Shown: piece after piece, positions 8,425 to 16,158 of the stretch | Position numbering within the stretch: position 1 is the first letter of the stretch | Layout of the letters: each line of letters starts with the position of its first letter | IMG/VR virus record: IMGVR_UViG_3300045988_169015 | Span: 64,001-128,000 of that record | Reading direction: 5' to 3' (one strand) | DNA: 64,000 nt | Origin: a virus | Notes under the pieces: model-generated | What the model saw: only the letters and a program-made list of their open reading frames with translations | Database searches by the model: none | What the model was told of the DNA's origin: nothing | Translations under genes and position numbers: made by a program

Positions 8425-8515
8425 GTGTTTTTTCAAATTATATTCATCTTTGTTTATTATTGACAAAGATACAATTAAGAAACTATACAACAATTTACGA
8501 GGTAAACATTGAAAT

Positions 8516-9286
8516 ATGGAATACAGTGAAACCATAATACAGAAAATAGTAAACAGCGGAAAGACTAAGGCTTCCGTTGCAGCTGCTATTGGCTGTAACA
8601 AGAGCTTATTCAGCCAGTGGGAAAAGAAACCGACTTCTAAGATAACTCTTGATATTGTAGTTAAAATCGCAAGATACCTTAACGTTACCGTTGACAACCT
8701 ATTGTTTGATAAAATATCATTATCTGAGAACGACAAAGCATTATTAAATGTCTTCCACTCGCTGCCTGATAATGAACAACAGCGTTTTATTGGTCGCTGT
8801 TCTGAAATATCCGACAGGCTCGGAGAATCTCAAAACAAAAGACGAAAAATCTCTATGCGCAAAATGGATATTGCGGTTATCGCTGCAGGCGCAGGTGTTT
8901 CTTTCCCCTTTACGGAAGATGATTCTTTTGAAAAAGAGTCGTTTCCTATTGACGAAATCCCTGTTGGTGCAGATTGTGGAATTCCGATTGACGGAGATAG
9001 CATGGAACCTGAATATCCCAATGGCTGCATTGTTTGGGTAAACCGCAATTGTGGGATCCGATATGGAGATGAAGTTATTGCCATAGTTGATGGTTGTCCC
9101 CTGTTTAAAATCTATCAGGAAGATGGTCTTCATTCTTACAATTCTAAATATTCGGTTATAACTACAGACCATAAGATCGAAATTTTTGGCAAAGTCATCG
9201 GGTATTATATAAAAGAAGAACCTCAGATGCTTGCTGCCCGCAGTTACAATTTATGTAACATCTCCAAATCTACCAACAATTACTAA
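8516..9286 (+). CDS. CI/LexA-like repressor (XRE HTH plus S24 peptidase domain)
   Basis: N-terminal HTH (SVAAAIGCNKSLFSQWEKK...IARYLNVTVDNLL) and C-terminal GDSMEPEYPNGCIVWV. Confidence 0.85.
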   Translation: MEYSETIIQKIVNSGKTKASVAAAIGCNKSLFSQWEKKPTSKITLDIVVKIARYLNVTVDNLLFDKISLSENDKALLNVFHSLPDNEQQRFIGRCSEISDRLGESQNKRRKISMRKMDIAVIAAGAGVSFPFTEDDSFEKESFPIDEIPVGADCGIPIDGDSMEPEYPNGCIVWVNRNCGIRYGDEVIAIVDGCPLFKIYQEDGLHSYNSKYSVITTDHKIEIFGKVIGYYIKEEPQMLAARSYNLCNISKSTNNY

Positions 9287-9334
9287 CGTCCCTCCTTAAT
9301 AATCACCCGGCAGTTACAAACAATAACTGCTGAG

Positions 9335-9883
9335 GTGATTTTTTTGTATGAAAAATATAAACGGGCCAGAAATGCAGCGTGGCAATGTTTGATCAACTGC
9401 AATATTAAAGCGCTCCCTGTCAAACTGTCTCAGATTTGCAATCATTACAATTCCGAAGTAATAGAAAATTCTGTTCTGCCGACTGACAGCCCTTATGCTT
9501 TAGCCGCCGAACAAAGAGGAAAAACAGTTATCGAGAACAACAGATATTATATCATTGTAAGAGATACCGAAACATACCAAGCACGACGATACACTATTGC
9601 TCATGAGCTGGGTCATATTATCATCCCCACCGATGACGAGTATGAAGCAGAAAGATTTGCGATTGACATTCTTGCTCCTGCGTGCGTGCTTTGGGGCTGC
9701 GACATTCATTCGGCAAATGAGATATCTGAAATTTGTAATATATCCAAAACGGCAGCCGAAATAAGAGCAAAGAGAATGGCAGTGTTATATCAGCGTAACG
9801 TTTTTCTTAAATCATCTTTAGAACGTCAGGTCTATGGACAATTTGCAGATTTTATTTGGGAATATAAGCATAATCACAATTAA
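9335..9883 (+). CDS. ImmA/IrrE-family metallopeptidase (anti-repressor protease)
   Basis: HELGH zinc motif (TIAHELGHII), located directly downstream of the repressor. GTG start. Confidence 0.8.
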   Translation: MIFLYEKYKRARNAAWQCLINCNIKALPVKLSQICNHYNSEVIENSVLPTDSPYALAAEQRGKTVIENNRYYIIVRDTETYQARRYTIAHELGHIIIPTDDEYEAERFAIDILAPACVLWGCDIHSANEISEICNISKTAAEIRAKRMAVLYQRNVFLKSSLERQVYGQFADFIWEYKHNHN

Positions 9884-10209
9884 TCATATGTACCGTCGGC
9901 GCACATTTCATCAAAGGTTTTGACGTTAAGATAGACGCAGTCCCAAGGAGTGCCAAAGTGAGCCACTCCCCATACATAAAGATTCAGTTCATCGCAATAG
10001 TATACAATTTCATCGGTTGCTCTTGCCAAATAATCGGCAAAGCTCTGATCGATAAGATAATACTGATAGATATCGTAATAATAATCATTTTCTTCATCAT
10101 AATCATTACCGCAATAAAGCTCAAGTTCAAGATTCGTGATATTATTGCAGAGAATAAGATTTTCATTTTTAACAAGTTCAGCATAAGATATCTTTTTCAT
10201 GTACGACAC
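9880..10209 (-). CDS. hypothetical acidic protein
   Basis: 109-aa ORF rich in D/E/Y. It is the last gene of the leftward early block. Confidence 0.6.
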   Translation of the reverse strand: MSYMKKISYAELVKNENLILCNNITNLELELYCGNDYDEENDYYYDIYQYYLIDQSFADYLARATDEIVYYCDELNLYVWGVAHFGTPWDCVYLNVKTFDEMCADGTYD

Positions 10210-10379
10210 TCCTCTTTTGTGTTATCAAGTTTCTGAATTGAAATTATGCAGTCCACCTTGACAGATTGCATGAGTTTAACAACAGCATCGGCAGGAGAAA
10301 TTGCAGTTATGGTTTTCTTGATTCCACATCTGAATGATGGGGCTCCGCTATCAAACACGATTATATATTCGTTCATCAT
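10197..10379 (-). CDS. hypothetical protein
   Basis: The ORF track gives 10197..10403. The ATG at 10379 is preceded by AAGGAAGAG. Confidence 0.5.
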   Translation of the reverse strand: MMNEYIIVFDSGAPSFRCGIKKTITAISPADAVVKLMQSVKVDCIISIQKLDNTKEECRT

Positions 10380-10396
10380 TACTCTTCCTTTCCATA

Positions 10397-10663
10397 TTAG
10401 CATTCATCACAATTAGGACAATAGTTAAGATAGAACATCAGGCTAAAACAGTCCGGCTCTAATTCCTGACCATCAAAACAGAATTCCTCATGCTGAATCA
10501 GTTCGTCAAGAATAGCCTCGGCATTTGCTGATATAACCGTCTTACTTGTTCTGAACCTTTTTGCAAGATCATCAAAGTAAAATATGTAATTGCCGGATGT
10601 GGTTTTTGCAGTTCCTGTTTTTATCATGTAATTTGCGATTTCCTTTATGAACTTATTATTCAT
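10397..10663 (-). CDS. hypothetical protein
   Basis: 88-aa ORF overlapping its neighbours by 4 nt. Confidence 0.6.
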   Translation of the reverse strand: MNNKFIKEIANYMIKTGTAKTTSGNYIFYFDDLAKRFRTSKTVISANAEAILDELIQHEEFCFDGQELEPDCFSLMFYLNYCPNCDEC

Positions 10664-10923
10664 ATTGCTGCCTCCATTTCTTTTCTGTACCTCAGCTGAT
10701 CATAAGCCTCGCCTTTTGCAATCAGATTTTCGTATTCCTGCAAATCATAACTCATCGGGCACTCTTTAGTGAATTTCAACCGGGTACCCGAAACGGAGCA
10801 AAAGTATTCTCGATACTCCTTGCCTGTTTTGGATTCCATCATAATGATGGAACGATTCATGCACTCGCTGCACAGTTTCATATCCATAGAAAACATCTCC
10901 TTATTTAAACATATATTTTTCAA
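10660..10923 (-). CDS. hypothetical Cys-containing protein
   Basis: ORF track. An internal ATG at 10887 has better SD spacing (AAGGAG plus 9 nt). Confidence 0.55.
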   Translation of the reverse strand: MKNICLNKEMFSMDMKLCSECMNRSIIMMESKTGKEYREYFCSVSGTRLKFTKECPMSYDLQEYENLIAKGEAYDQLRYRKEMEAAI

Positions 10924-11025
10924 TATGCTTCGTTCACGATTTTACAGTTGTCGGATTGAGAAAGCTCCTCGTTCCGAGCCGTTATCCACAGTCCATGGTG
11001 GGCTGTGCAGAATTTGGCGTGACGA

Positions 11026-11391
11026 TTACTCTTCTTTTATTTCTTCAATTATGATGCCGTACTTTTCAGCAACGGCTCTGTTTATTGTAATCTTCCTACC
11101 TTCGACTTTGAGTATCTGTGCCTGACTGAACCGTCCGACAGTAAAAGTTTTTGTCGTGACGAGCGTTTCATCTTCGTGGATATAATTATCATAGCGAGGA
11201 TCTTCTTTTGTAATATAAAAATTCGTCTGGTTCTTACTGTTATACCCACGATAATCATAACGTTTAAATCCGGTCCAGTAACCCTTTGTGAGATTACATC
11301 CGCAGTATTCACGAAGTTCCTTATACGAGTTGCAGAAGTGGTTATACGATTCGTCGGGAGTTACACATTCGACTTTGTATCTTGTTTTCAT
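11026..11391 (-). CDS. hypothetical protein
   Basis: The ORF track gives 11026..11412. GGAGG precedes the ATG at 11391 (MKTRYKVE). Confidence 0.6.
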   Translation of the reverse strand: MKTRYKVECVTPDESYNHFCNSYKELREYCGCNLTKGYWTGFKRYDYRGYNSKNQTNFYITKEDPRYDNYIHEDETLVTTKTFTVGRFSQAQILKVEGRKITINRAVAEKYGIIIEEIKEE

Positions 11392-11412
11392 TTTTATTCC
11401 TCCGATTATCAT

Positions 11413-11628
11413 TTAGTGTATCTCGTCTTCGTAGAATGGAGTGCCATCCGAATGAAGAATCTGATATACATATAAAGATACAGGTTTATTGATTTCAAAT
11501 AACCGACCATTGATGTTTGCATATATCTTTGTAAATGCTCTTCCTTCTTTTTTTCTTACACATTCGTTGATAAGAGTTTCGGCTTTCTTCGCAGCTTTAC
11601 TAAAATCAAAATCATATACCAGTTTCAT
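11413..11628 (-). CDS. hypothetical protein
   Basis: The ORF track gives 11413..11649. GGAGG precedes the ATG at 11628. Confidence 0.55.
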   Translation of the reverse strand: MKLVYDFDFSKAAKKAETLINECVRKKEGRAFTKIYANINGRLFEINKPVSLYVYQILHSDGTPFYEDEIH

Positions 11629-11645
11629 TTCTACTCCTCCAATCA

Positions 11646-11909
11646 TCAATCGTTCCAGTCAGGCTGGTCACAGTATGTAGTGTTCTCAAAAATCTTTCTC
11701 GCTTTTTGGACGGCTCTTGTTATGGATATTCTCTTTGGAAGTTTGAGCTGAACAGGAGCGAAGCAGCCGTCATAATGGAAGTCGATATTATATATCCACT
11801 GTCCATTTTCGTTTTCGAAATAGTCATAGCTATGAAGAGTTCCGTTCGGCTGATGGCTCCACACATCTGTCAGTTTCTTCATTATCCATTTTGCACCGGG
11901 TTTTATCAT
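11646..11909 (-). CDS. hypothetical protein
   Basis: 87-aa ORF with GGAGG 6 nt upstream of the start. Confidence 0.6.
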   Translation of the reverse strand: MIKPGAKWIMKKLTDVWSHQPNGTLHSYDYFENENGQWIYNIDFHYDGCFAPVQLKLPKRISITRAVQKARKIFENTTYCDQPDWND

Positions 11910-11924
11910 AGGTTGCCTCCTTAC

Positions 11925-12119
11925 TTAATATAGCTCCACATAATGTGTGCCGTCTTCTCTGCGTTCGTAGCCGCCAATCTGTGCAACGATTTCGCACATT
12001 CCGTTATAACAAATCTTGTTGGTTTCATAAGCGGTTCGGTTTGATTTTACTTCTTGCATTATCTGATATCTTAAATTGAGACGTTCAGCAAGTTTCTTTT
12101 CCATCTGTTTCCGTGTCAT
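11925..12119 (-). CDS. hypothetical protein
   Basis: The ORF track gives 11925..12128. The ATG at 12119 has GGAG 9 nt upstream. Confidence 0.5.
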   Translation of the reverse strand: MTRKQMEKKLAERLNLRYQIMQEVKSNRTAYETNKICYNGMCEIVAQIGGYERREDGTHYVELY

Positions 12120-12124
12120 GGTTA

Positions 12125-12397
12125 TCACTCCTCTTCTGCTTTTACAAAATCTTCTCCGTAATAAAGGCTGATATCCAAATCGTAATTATCAGTTACGCCC
12201 CAGCCGTTATGATATCCTTCGTCTCCATCCACAAACCAACACTCAATATCACTCAGGATATCTTCTGTATCGGGGATCATTGTTTCGTCTGCCGTGTCTT
12301 TGCCTGCATCGAGCAGCTCCTTGCGGAACGCCCGACACTCAGCAATGAAGTTATCAACTTTGCGCTTGCCGCTCTCAGTCAGTTTGAAATCGTACAT
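12125..12397 (-). CDS. hypothetical acidic protein
   Basis: 90-aa ORF with the SD GAAAGGAAA. Confidence 0.6.
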   Translation of the reverse strand: MYDFKLTESGKRKVDNFIAECRAFRKELLDAGKDTADETMIPDTEDILSDIECWFVDGDEGYHNGWGVTDNYDLDISLYYGEDFVKAEEE

Positions 12398-12409
12398 ATA
12401 TATTTCCTT

Positions 12410-13063
12410 TCAATTAACATCATTATCATTTGCTTCTTTGAGAATAATGACACCGATATACCAGTTATTTCCTCTTAAATAAATATTTCTGCCTTCATCG
12501 TCCGCAGTATTGATATCCTTTTCGGTAATAAGATCAATGCCTAAATCGTATTTTGTAATTAAGCCATTGATATGCTCGGCTACTTCATCTGAGCCGTCAA
12601 AATAATCGCCTTCGTAATCTTCGTCTTCCCCAATACTCCATTCAACATGGTAATAATCAGTGCCGAACCAACCTATATCATCGGTCATATACAGCCCGCC
12701 GTCCTTCTCCTCGGCTATCCAATGTATGGAAATACGATTATCATAATGCCTTGCGATTATCTCACGCCACATTTTGATCATTGGTATCCATGCTGTTTCG
12801 GCAAAGATATCAAAACTCGACTTATCCTGTCTGTCAGTTACATTTCCGATGTCATCGATCCATCCACGGCAGCGGATAATGTTTTCGGGATTATCGATTC
12901 TGTCGCCGAAGCCGAACCCGATGAGCACATTACCAAGCCAAGGCTCACCAAAGCCTGAAGTTTCTGCATTTGACGATGTGTACTGTACTATCTTATTGTG
13001 CAGATCCGTAAGGTCTGCGAAGTTTCCTGTAAATTCTATTTTAGTAGAACACCAATTAGGCAT
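12410..13063 (-). CDS. DUF1281/Api92-like protein (paralog A)
   Basis: Starts MPNWCSTKIEFTG. It shares ETAW.P, ISxxWxAEE and other blocks with 13610..14209. Confidence 0.6.
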   Translation of the reverse strand: MPNWCSTKIEFTGNFADLTDLHNKIVQYTSSNAETSGFGEPWLGNVLIGFGFGDRIDNPENIIRCRGWIDDIGNVTDRQDKSSFDIFAETAWIPMIKMWREIIARHYDNRISIHWIAEEKDGGLYMTDDIGWFGTDYYHVEWSIGEDEDYEGDYFDGSDEVAEHINGLITKYDLGIDLITEKDINTADDEGRNIYLRGNNWYIGVIILKEANDNDVN

Positions 13064-13077
13064 AATGTTTTCTCCTT

Positions 13078-13242
13078 TCAATCTTCAATATCGTACCCAA
13101 AATGGCAAAATCCAATTAGGTCTGAGATATAATCTCCAATATCTTCTTCGTCAACGTCATCGGGAATTTCAACTTCTGAGGGCAACTCTTCAAAAAGCTT
13201 TTTGTCTCCGTCAGTGTCCCACATAATATTTACTGCTTTCAT
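13078..13242 (-). CDS. small acidic protein (hand-found, 54 aa)
   Basis: The ATG at 13242 is preceded by AAAGGAG. The product is MKAVNIMWDTDGDKKLFEELPSEVEIPDDVDEEDIGDY... It is below the ORF-track length cutoff. Confidence 0.5.
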   Translation of the reverse strand: MKAVNIMWDTDGDKKLFEELPSEVEIPDDVDEEDIGDYISDLIGFCHFGYDIED

Positions 13243-13258
13243 ATCTACATCTCCTTTT

Positions 13259-13492
13259 TCAGTTGCGAAGTTCGTTGATCAGATCCTCATCTCCGTTTTC
13301 CAGAGCGTCGATCGTCTCTAAGTCAAGGCCGAAGCAGAAATCGCTGTCGTCCTCAAAGAACTCGTAGTTTTCGTTAGTATCAATATCGAGCGTCTCTTCT
13401 ATATATTCCAAGACTGCACGTCTCAACTCCTGCGCTCTGTTAAAGCAGTCATAGAATTCTTTTATCATACCATTAAGCTTTGCGTTATCCAT
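13259..13492 (-). CDS. hypothetical strongly acidic protein
   Basis: 77-aa ORF with the SD AAAGGAG. Confidence 0.6.
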   Translation of the reverse strand: MDNAKLNGMIKEFYDCFNRAQELRRAVLEYIEETLDIDTNENYEFFEDDSDFCFGLDLETIDALENGDEDLINELRN

Positions 13493-13609
13493 AATAAAAT
13501 CTCCTTTTCAAATTACAATTTACCAAACTTATCGTCGCTGTTTATCTTTACTCTGAGCTTACCGCCGCTTCTGAGAATGTATTTCCAATTACCCATTACA
13601 AACTCCTCT

Positions 13610-14209
13610 TTAATCAAAATCGCAGGTATCAAACAGTTCAAGCTTGTGAACTGACATAAACCAGTCTTCATTGACTTCAACTGCCACTTCCGCTTCCGCA
13701 AGAGACTTGACAGGCTCAAGTCCTGCTTTTTCAAAAACTCTGTTAACCTCTTTGAGCACCTCTTCTTCTGTGGCGCCGTAGAGGTAATCTGCATCGCTGC
13801 CTATATCGTAGTCAATGCAGTATGTCATGTCGCCAAATTCATTCATGTCGTTTGTGCAGTAGATATCGCAGCCGAACTCCTCTGCGCACCAGCTGAATGA
13901 AATGAGCTGCTCGTCATCTTTGGTATAGCATTTTGCAATTATCGCACTCCATATGCCAAGGCGAGGCGTCCATGCGGTTTCAGTATATATTGTTGCGCAA
14001 TCCCTGTCATATTCGATATCTCCTCTTAATGAGACCTTATCAGGATCGATTCCGAATTCATTGGCGATGTTGCGGAAGCTGCGTCTTTCGCAGTAGCTCA
14101 TATCAGGGTGTGCTTCATCTGAAACAGCGTGCTCGATCCTGTTGAAAAAATCTGTAAGTGCATCATCATTTCCAAAAAATCTTATCTGTGTAGAGCAAAT
14201 GTTAGCCAT
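13610..14209 (-). CDS. DUF1281/Api92-like protein (paralog B)
   Basis: The ORF track gives 13610..14275. GGAGGT precedes the ATG at 14209. The product starts MANICSTQIRFFG. Confidence 0.6.
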   Translation of the reverse strand: MANICSTQIRFFGNDDALTDFFNRIEHAVSDEAHPDMSYCERRSFRNIANEFGIDPDKVSLRGDIEYDRDCATIYTETAWTPRLGIWSAIIAKCYTKDDEQLISFSWCAEEFGCDIYCTNDMNEFGDMTYCIDYDIGSDADYLYGATEEEVLKEVNRVFEKAGLEPVKSLAEAEVAVEVNEDWFMSVHKLELFDTCDFD

Positions 14210-14268
14210 AATAGTTACCTCCAAATTCCATAAGCAGATAATCATAAAAACTTTTATCAGTGGTTGAA

Positions 14269-14493
14269 TTACCATGTAATGCGTTTGGGTATAAATTCAA
14301 TTTCTGCATTGCTATATGCAGTTATACAGTCTATCGGTGTATCAGGTTCGCCATCGAAATTTTGATATTTTGTGCATATTTTTGGCTCATGATCTTTGCG
14401 AGGATCAACATCAACAAATAACTTTCCGTTTTCGTTTTTATAAACGGGTCTGTTGTAACTGTCGTTTCCAATATAAATTAATGTTATTCTCAT
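14269..14493 (-). CDS. hypothetical protein
   Basis: GGAGG lies 8 nt upstream of the ATG at 14493 (MRITLIYIG). Confidence 0.55.
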   Translation of the reverse strand: MRITLIYIGNDSYNRPVYKNENGKLFVDVDPRKDHEPKICTKYQNFDGEPDTPIDCITAYSNAEIEFIPKRITW

Positions 14494-14570
14494 CAAAAAA
14501 TCCTCCTATCAAATGTGAATTTTACTATCTTTTTCATTATTTATAACCTCCATTAAACAATTATTTTGTT

Positions 14571-14579
14571 TTGCAATTA
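14571..14579 (-). promoter_or_regulatory. TAAYTGCAA box
   Basis: The minus strand reads TAATTGCAAAAC, followed about 25 nt later by GGAGG and an ATG. Confidence 0.45.
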
Positions 14580-15672
14580 GCATAACAAGATGTTTTCTAC
14601 AAAGGTTTAGATGTATTGGAGGAGAGTGTCCGTGACACCCGCTGATAAGCGGGGTGTAACTGGACTGATCGCCTCCTATAGTACAAAGCTATTATGCTGA
14701 TTGCAGTTATCAAAACCGAGCCTGGCGGCAATTTACTAAAACAGTTTAGATATGAGGGATCTGAAACGTCGGGCACTTGTCAGGTATGAATAGTGCCCGT
14801 CGGTGTAAGATCCCGAAATGCAGTTTGCCAAACTCGGTTATGCAGCCGGAATATCCATGGTATCGCTAAAGGAATTTAGATATGAACCTTCTGAAAGAAG
14901 AGTCATCGACGCTTCAATCAACGAAGTTGATTGAGGGTCATCGACTCATCTTTCGAAGGTGCAGTGCATATTGGATATCACGGTTACTGAATTTAATTGA
15001 AGTGCTTATTGTATTGCTGAAAGATTTTTAGATACAATGTCGTGGGTGCATCTTGAAGCTCGCACGTTTGCGAGCGGTTTTGTGATGATTCTCAATGACA
15101 TTATTGCATTTAAGGTGCTGCAATTATTTATATATATTTCCTGACCGCCGAATTTTCGCTAAAAGCATTTAGATAACATGTATCACGGAGATGAGAAACA
15201 TCCAGCAGTGTGCTGGATGGCTCTCATCTGAGGGATTACATGTTTGCATTAGGACGGACAGAAATCAGATCAGCAATTTCCGGCAGCAGTTGTTCGCTAA
15301 ATTGATTTAGATAATACCATCTTGTCTGAGGAAAGAGTACTGGGAGTGTCCCAGTACATTTCTTCGGACCAGATGCGTATTTGCATTTTGCCGCCGGGAA
15401 TTAAGAAATCATAACACCGAATTGTCGCTAAAGTAATTTAGATATAAAGAATCACGACAGCGGCGTGAAGCGATGGGTGACGCATCACGAGCGCCGAGGG
15501 AGGGATTATTGATTGCATTTTGTGTTATGAATTAGGAATTATTCGGCTTGTGGAAACATATGCTTACTAAAGATATTTAGATAAGAGGCAGCATAAACGA
15601 TCTCGAACTCTGGAGGTCTCCAGGATGAGAAGATCGTGTTGCTGCGGACTTGAATGTTGTTTCCGCAAGTCG
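14579..15672 (+). ncRNA. tandem array of eight ~120-133 nt three-way-junction RNA-like units (U1-U8), unassigned family
   Basis: Unit coordinates: U1 14579-14698, U2 14714-14839, U3 14851-14978, U4 14994-15126, U5 15137-15264, U6 15277-15400, U7 15409-15530, U8 15544-15672. Each unit has four parts: a closing helix P1 of unit-specific sequence, an invariant mini-hairpin CTAAA-N4-TTTAG followed by AT, a long unit-specific hairpin P3, and a junction that usually contains TGCA. No ORFs are present. G-U pairs favour the plus strand. Confidence 0.6.
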
Positions 15673-15680
15673 TTTTGCAG

Positions 15681-15983
15681 TTAGTGATTTGCCGCTATAG
15701 CGTCCAGCTCAGATTGGAATTCGGACACAACATATTCGGCGTCGTAATGCCACTGCTCATCGTTGTTTCTGCAGTCCTCATACATGTCTAATATGTCACG
15801 CCAAAGTTCCTGATTTGCAGTTACCTTTTCCTGCGTCTGAGCGCCATACTCTTCTTCGATAGTCATCGCCATATCTTCTGCGTTGTATTCACTCTTGACG
15901 AATTTATAAACATCGAAAGCATCGTAAGAACTAAGCACTGTGCCGTTGACAACGTATTCGCCATTACTGTTTCGTGTTACCAT
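15681..15983 (-). CDS. hypothetical acidic protein
   Basis: 100-aa ORF with GGAGG 7 nt upstream. Its stop codon is the TAA of a TAACTGCAA box. Confidence 0.65.
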   Translation of the reverse strand: MVTRNSNGEYVVNGTVLSSYDAFDVYKFVKSEYNAEDMAMTIEEEYGAQTQEKVTANQELWRDILDMYEDCRNNDEQWHYDAEYVVSEFQSELDAIAANH

Positions 15984-16016
15984 ATGTATTCCTCCGTTAC
16001 AATTATAATAGTATAA

Positions 16017-16143
16017 CTCTCAGCCGCAGCGATTTACTAAAACCATTTAGATTAAGAGTCCGTGATTTACGAGCATCGTACGGGAGTGATAACTGTCGTC
16101 GATGCTTATAAATCCGGATGATATGCACTTTGCTGACTGAGAG
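16017..16143 (+). ncRNA. ninth unit (U9) of the same RNA-like family
   Basis: P1 is CTCTCAG..CAGC / GCTG.CTGAGAG. P2 is CTAAA-ACCA-TTTAG-AT (16037-16052). A long hairpin follows. The unit is followed by TTTGCAGTTATTTTTTTATT. Confidence 0.55.
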
Positions 16144-16158
16144 TTTGCAGTTATTTTT

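Noticed and set aside
8386-9172. Minus-strand ORFs 8386..8736, 8744..9172 and 8830..9084
   Set aside because: They are antisense to the CI-like repressor gene, which has clear HTH and S24 motifs.
14750-15400. Hammerhead-like CUGANGA strings inside several long hairpins (CTGAAAC, CTGAAAG, CTGAGGA)
   Set aside because: No matching GAAA / stem III / cleavage-site arrangement could be built. The strings sit at different structural positions in different units.
14701-15530. TTGCA of the unit joiners as a sigma54 -12 element
   Set aside because: No TGGCAC-like -24 element lies at the required spacing in any unit.
14579-16143. CRISPR array interpretation of the tandem units
   Set aside because: The only conserved element is about 16 nt with a variable loop. 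Unit lengths and linkers vary, each interval folds on itself, there is no identical repeat or fixed spacer pattern, and no cas gene lies in the window.
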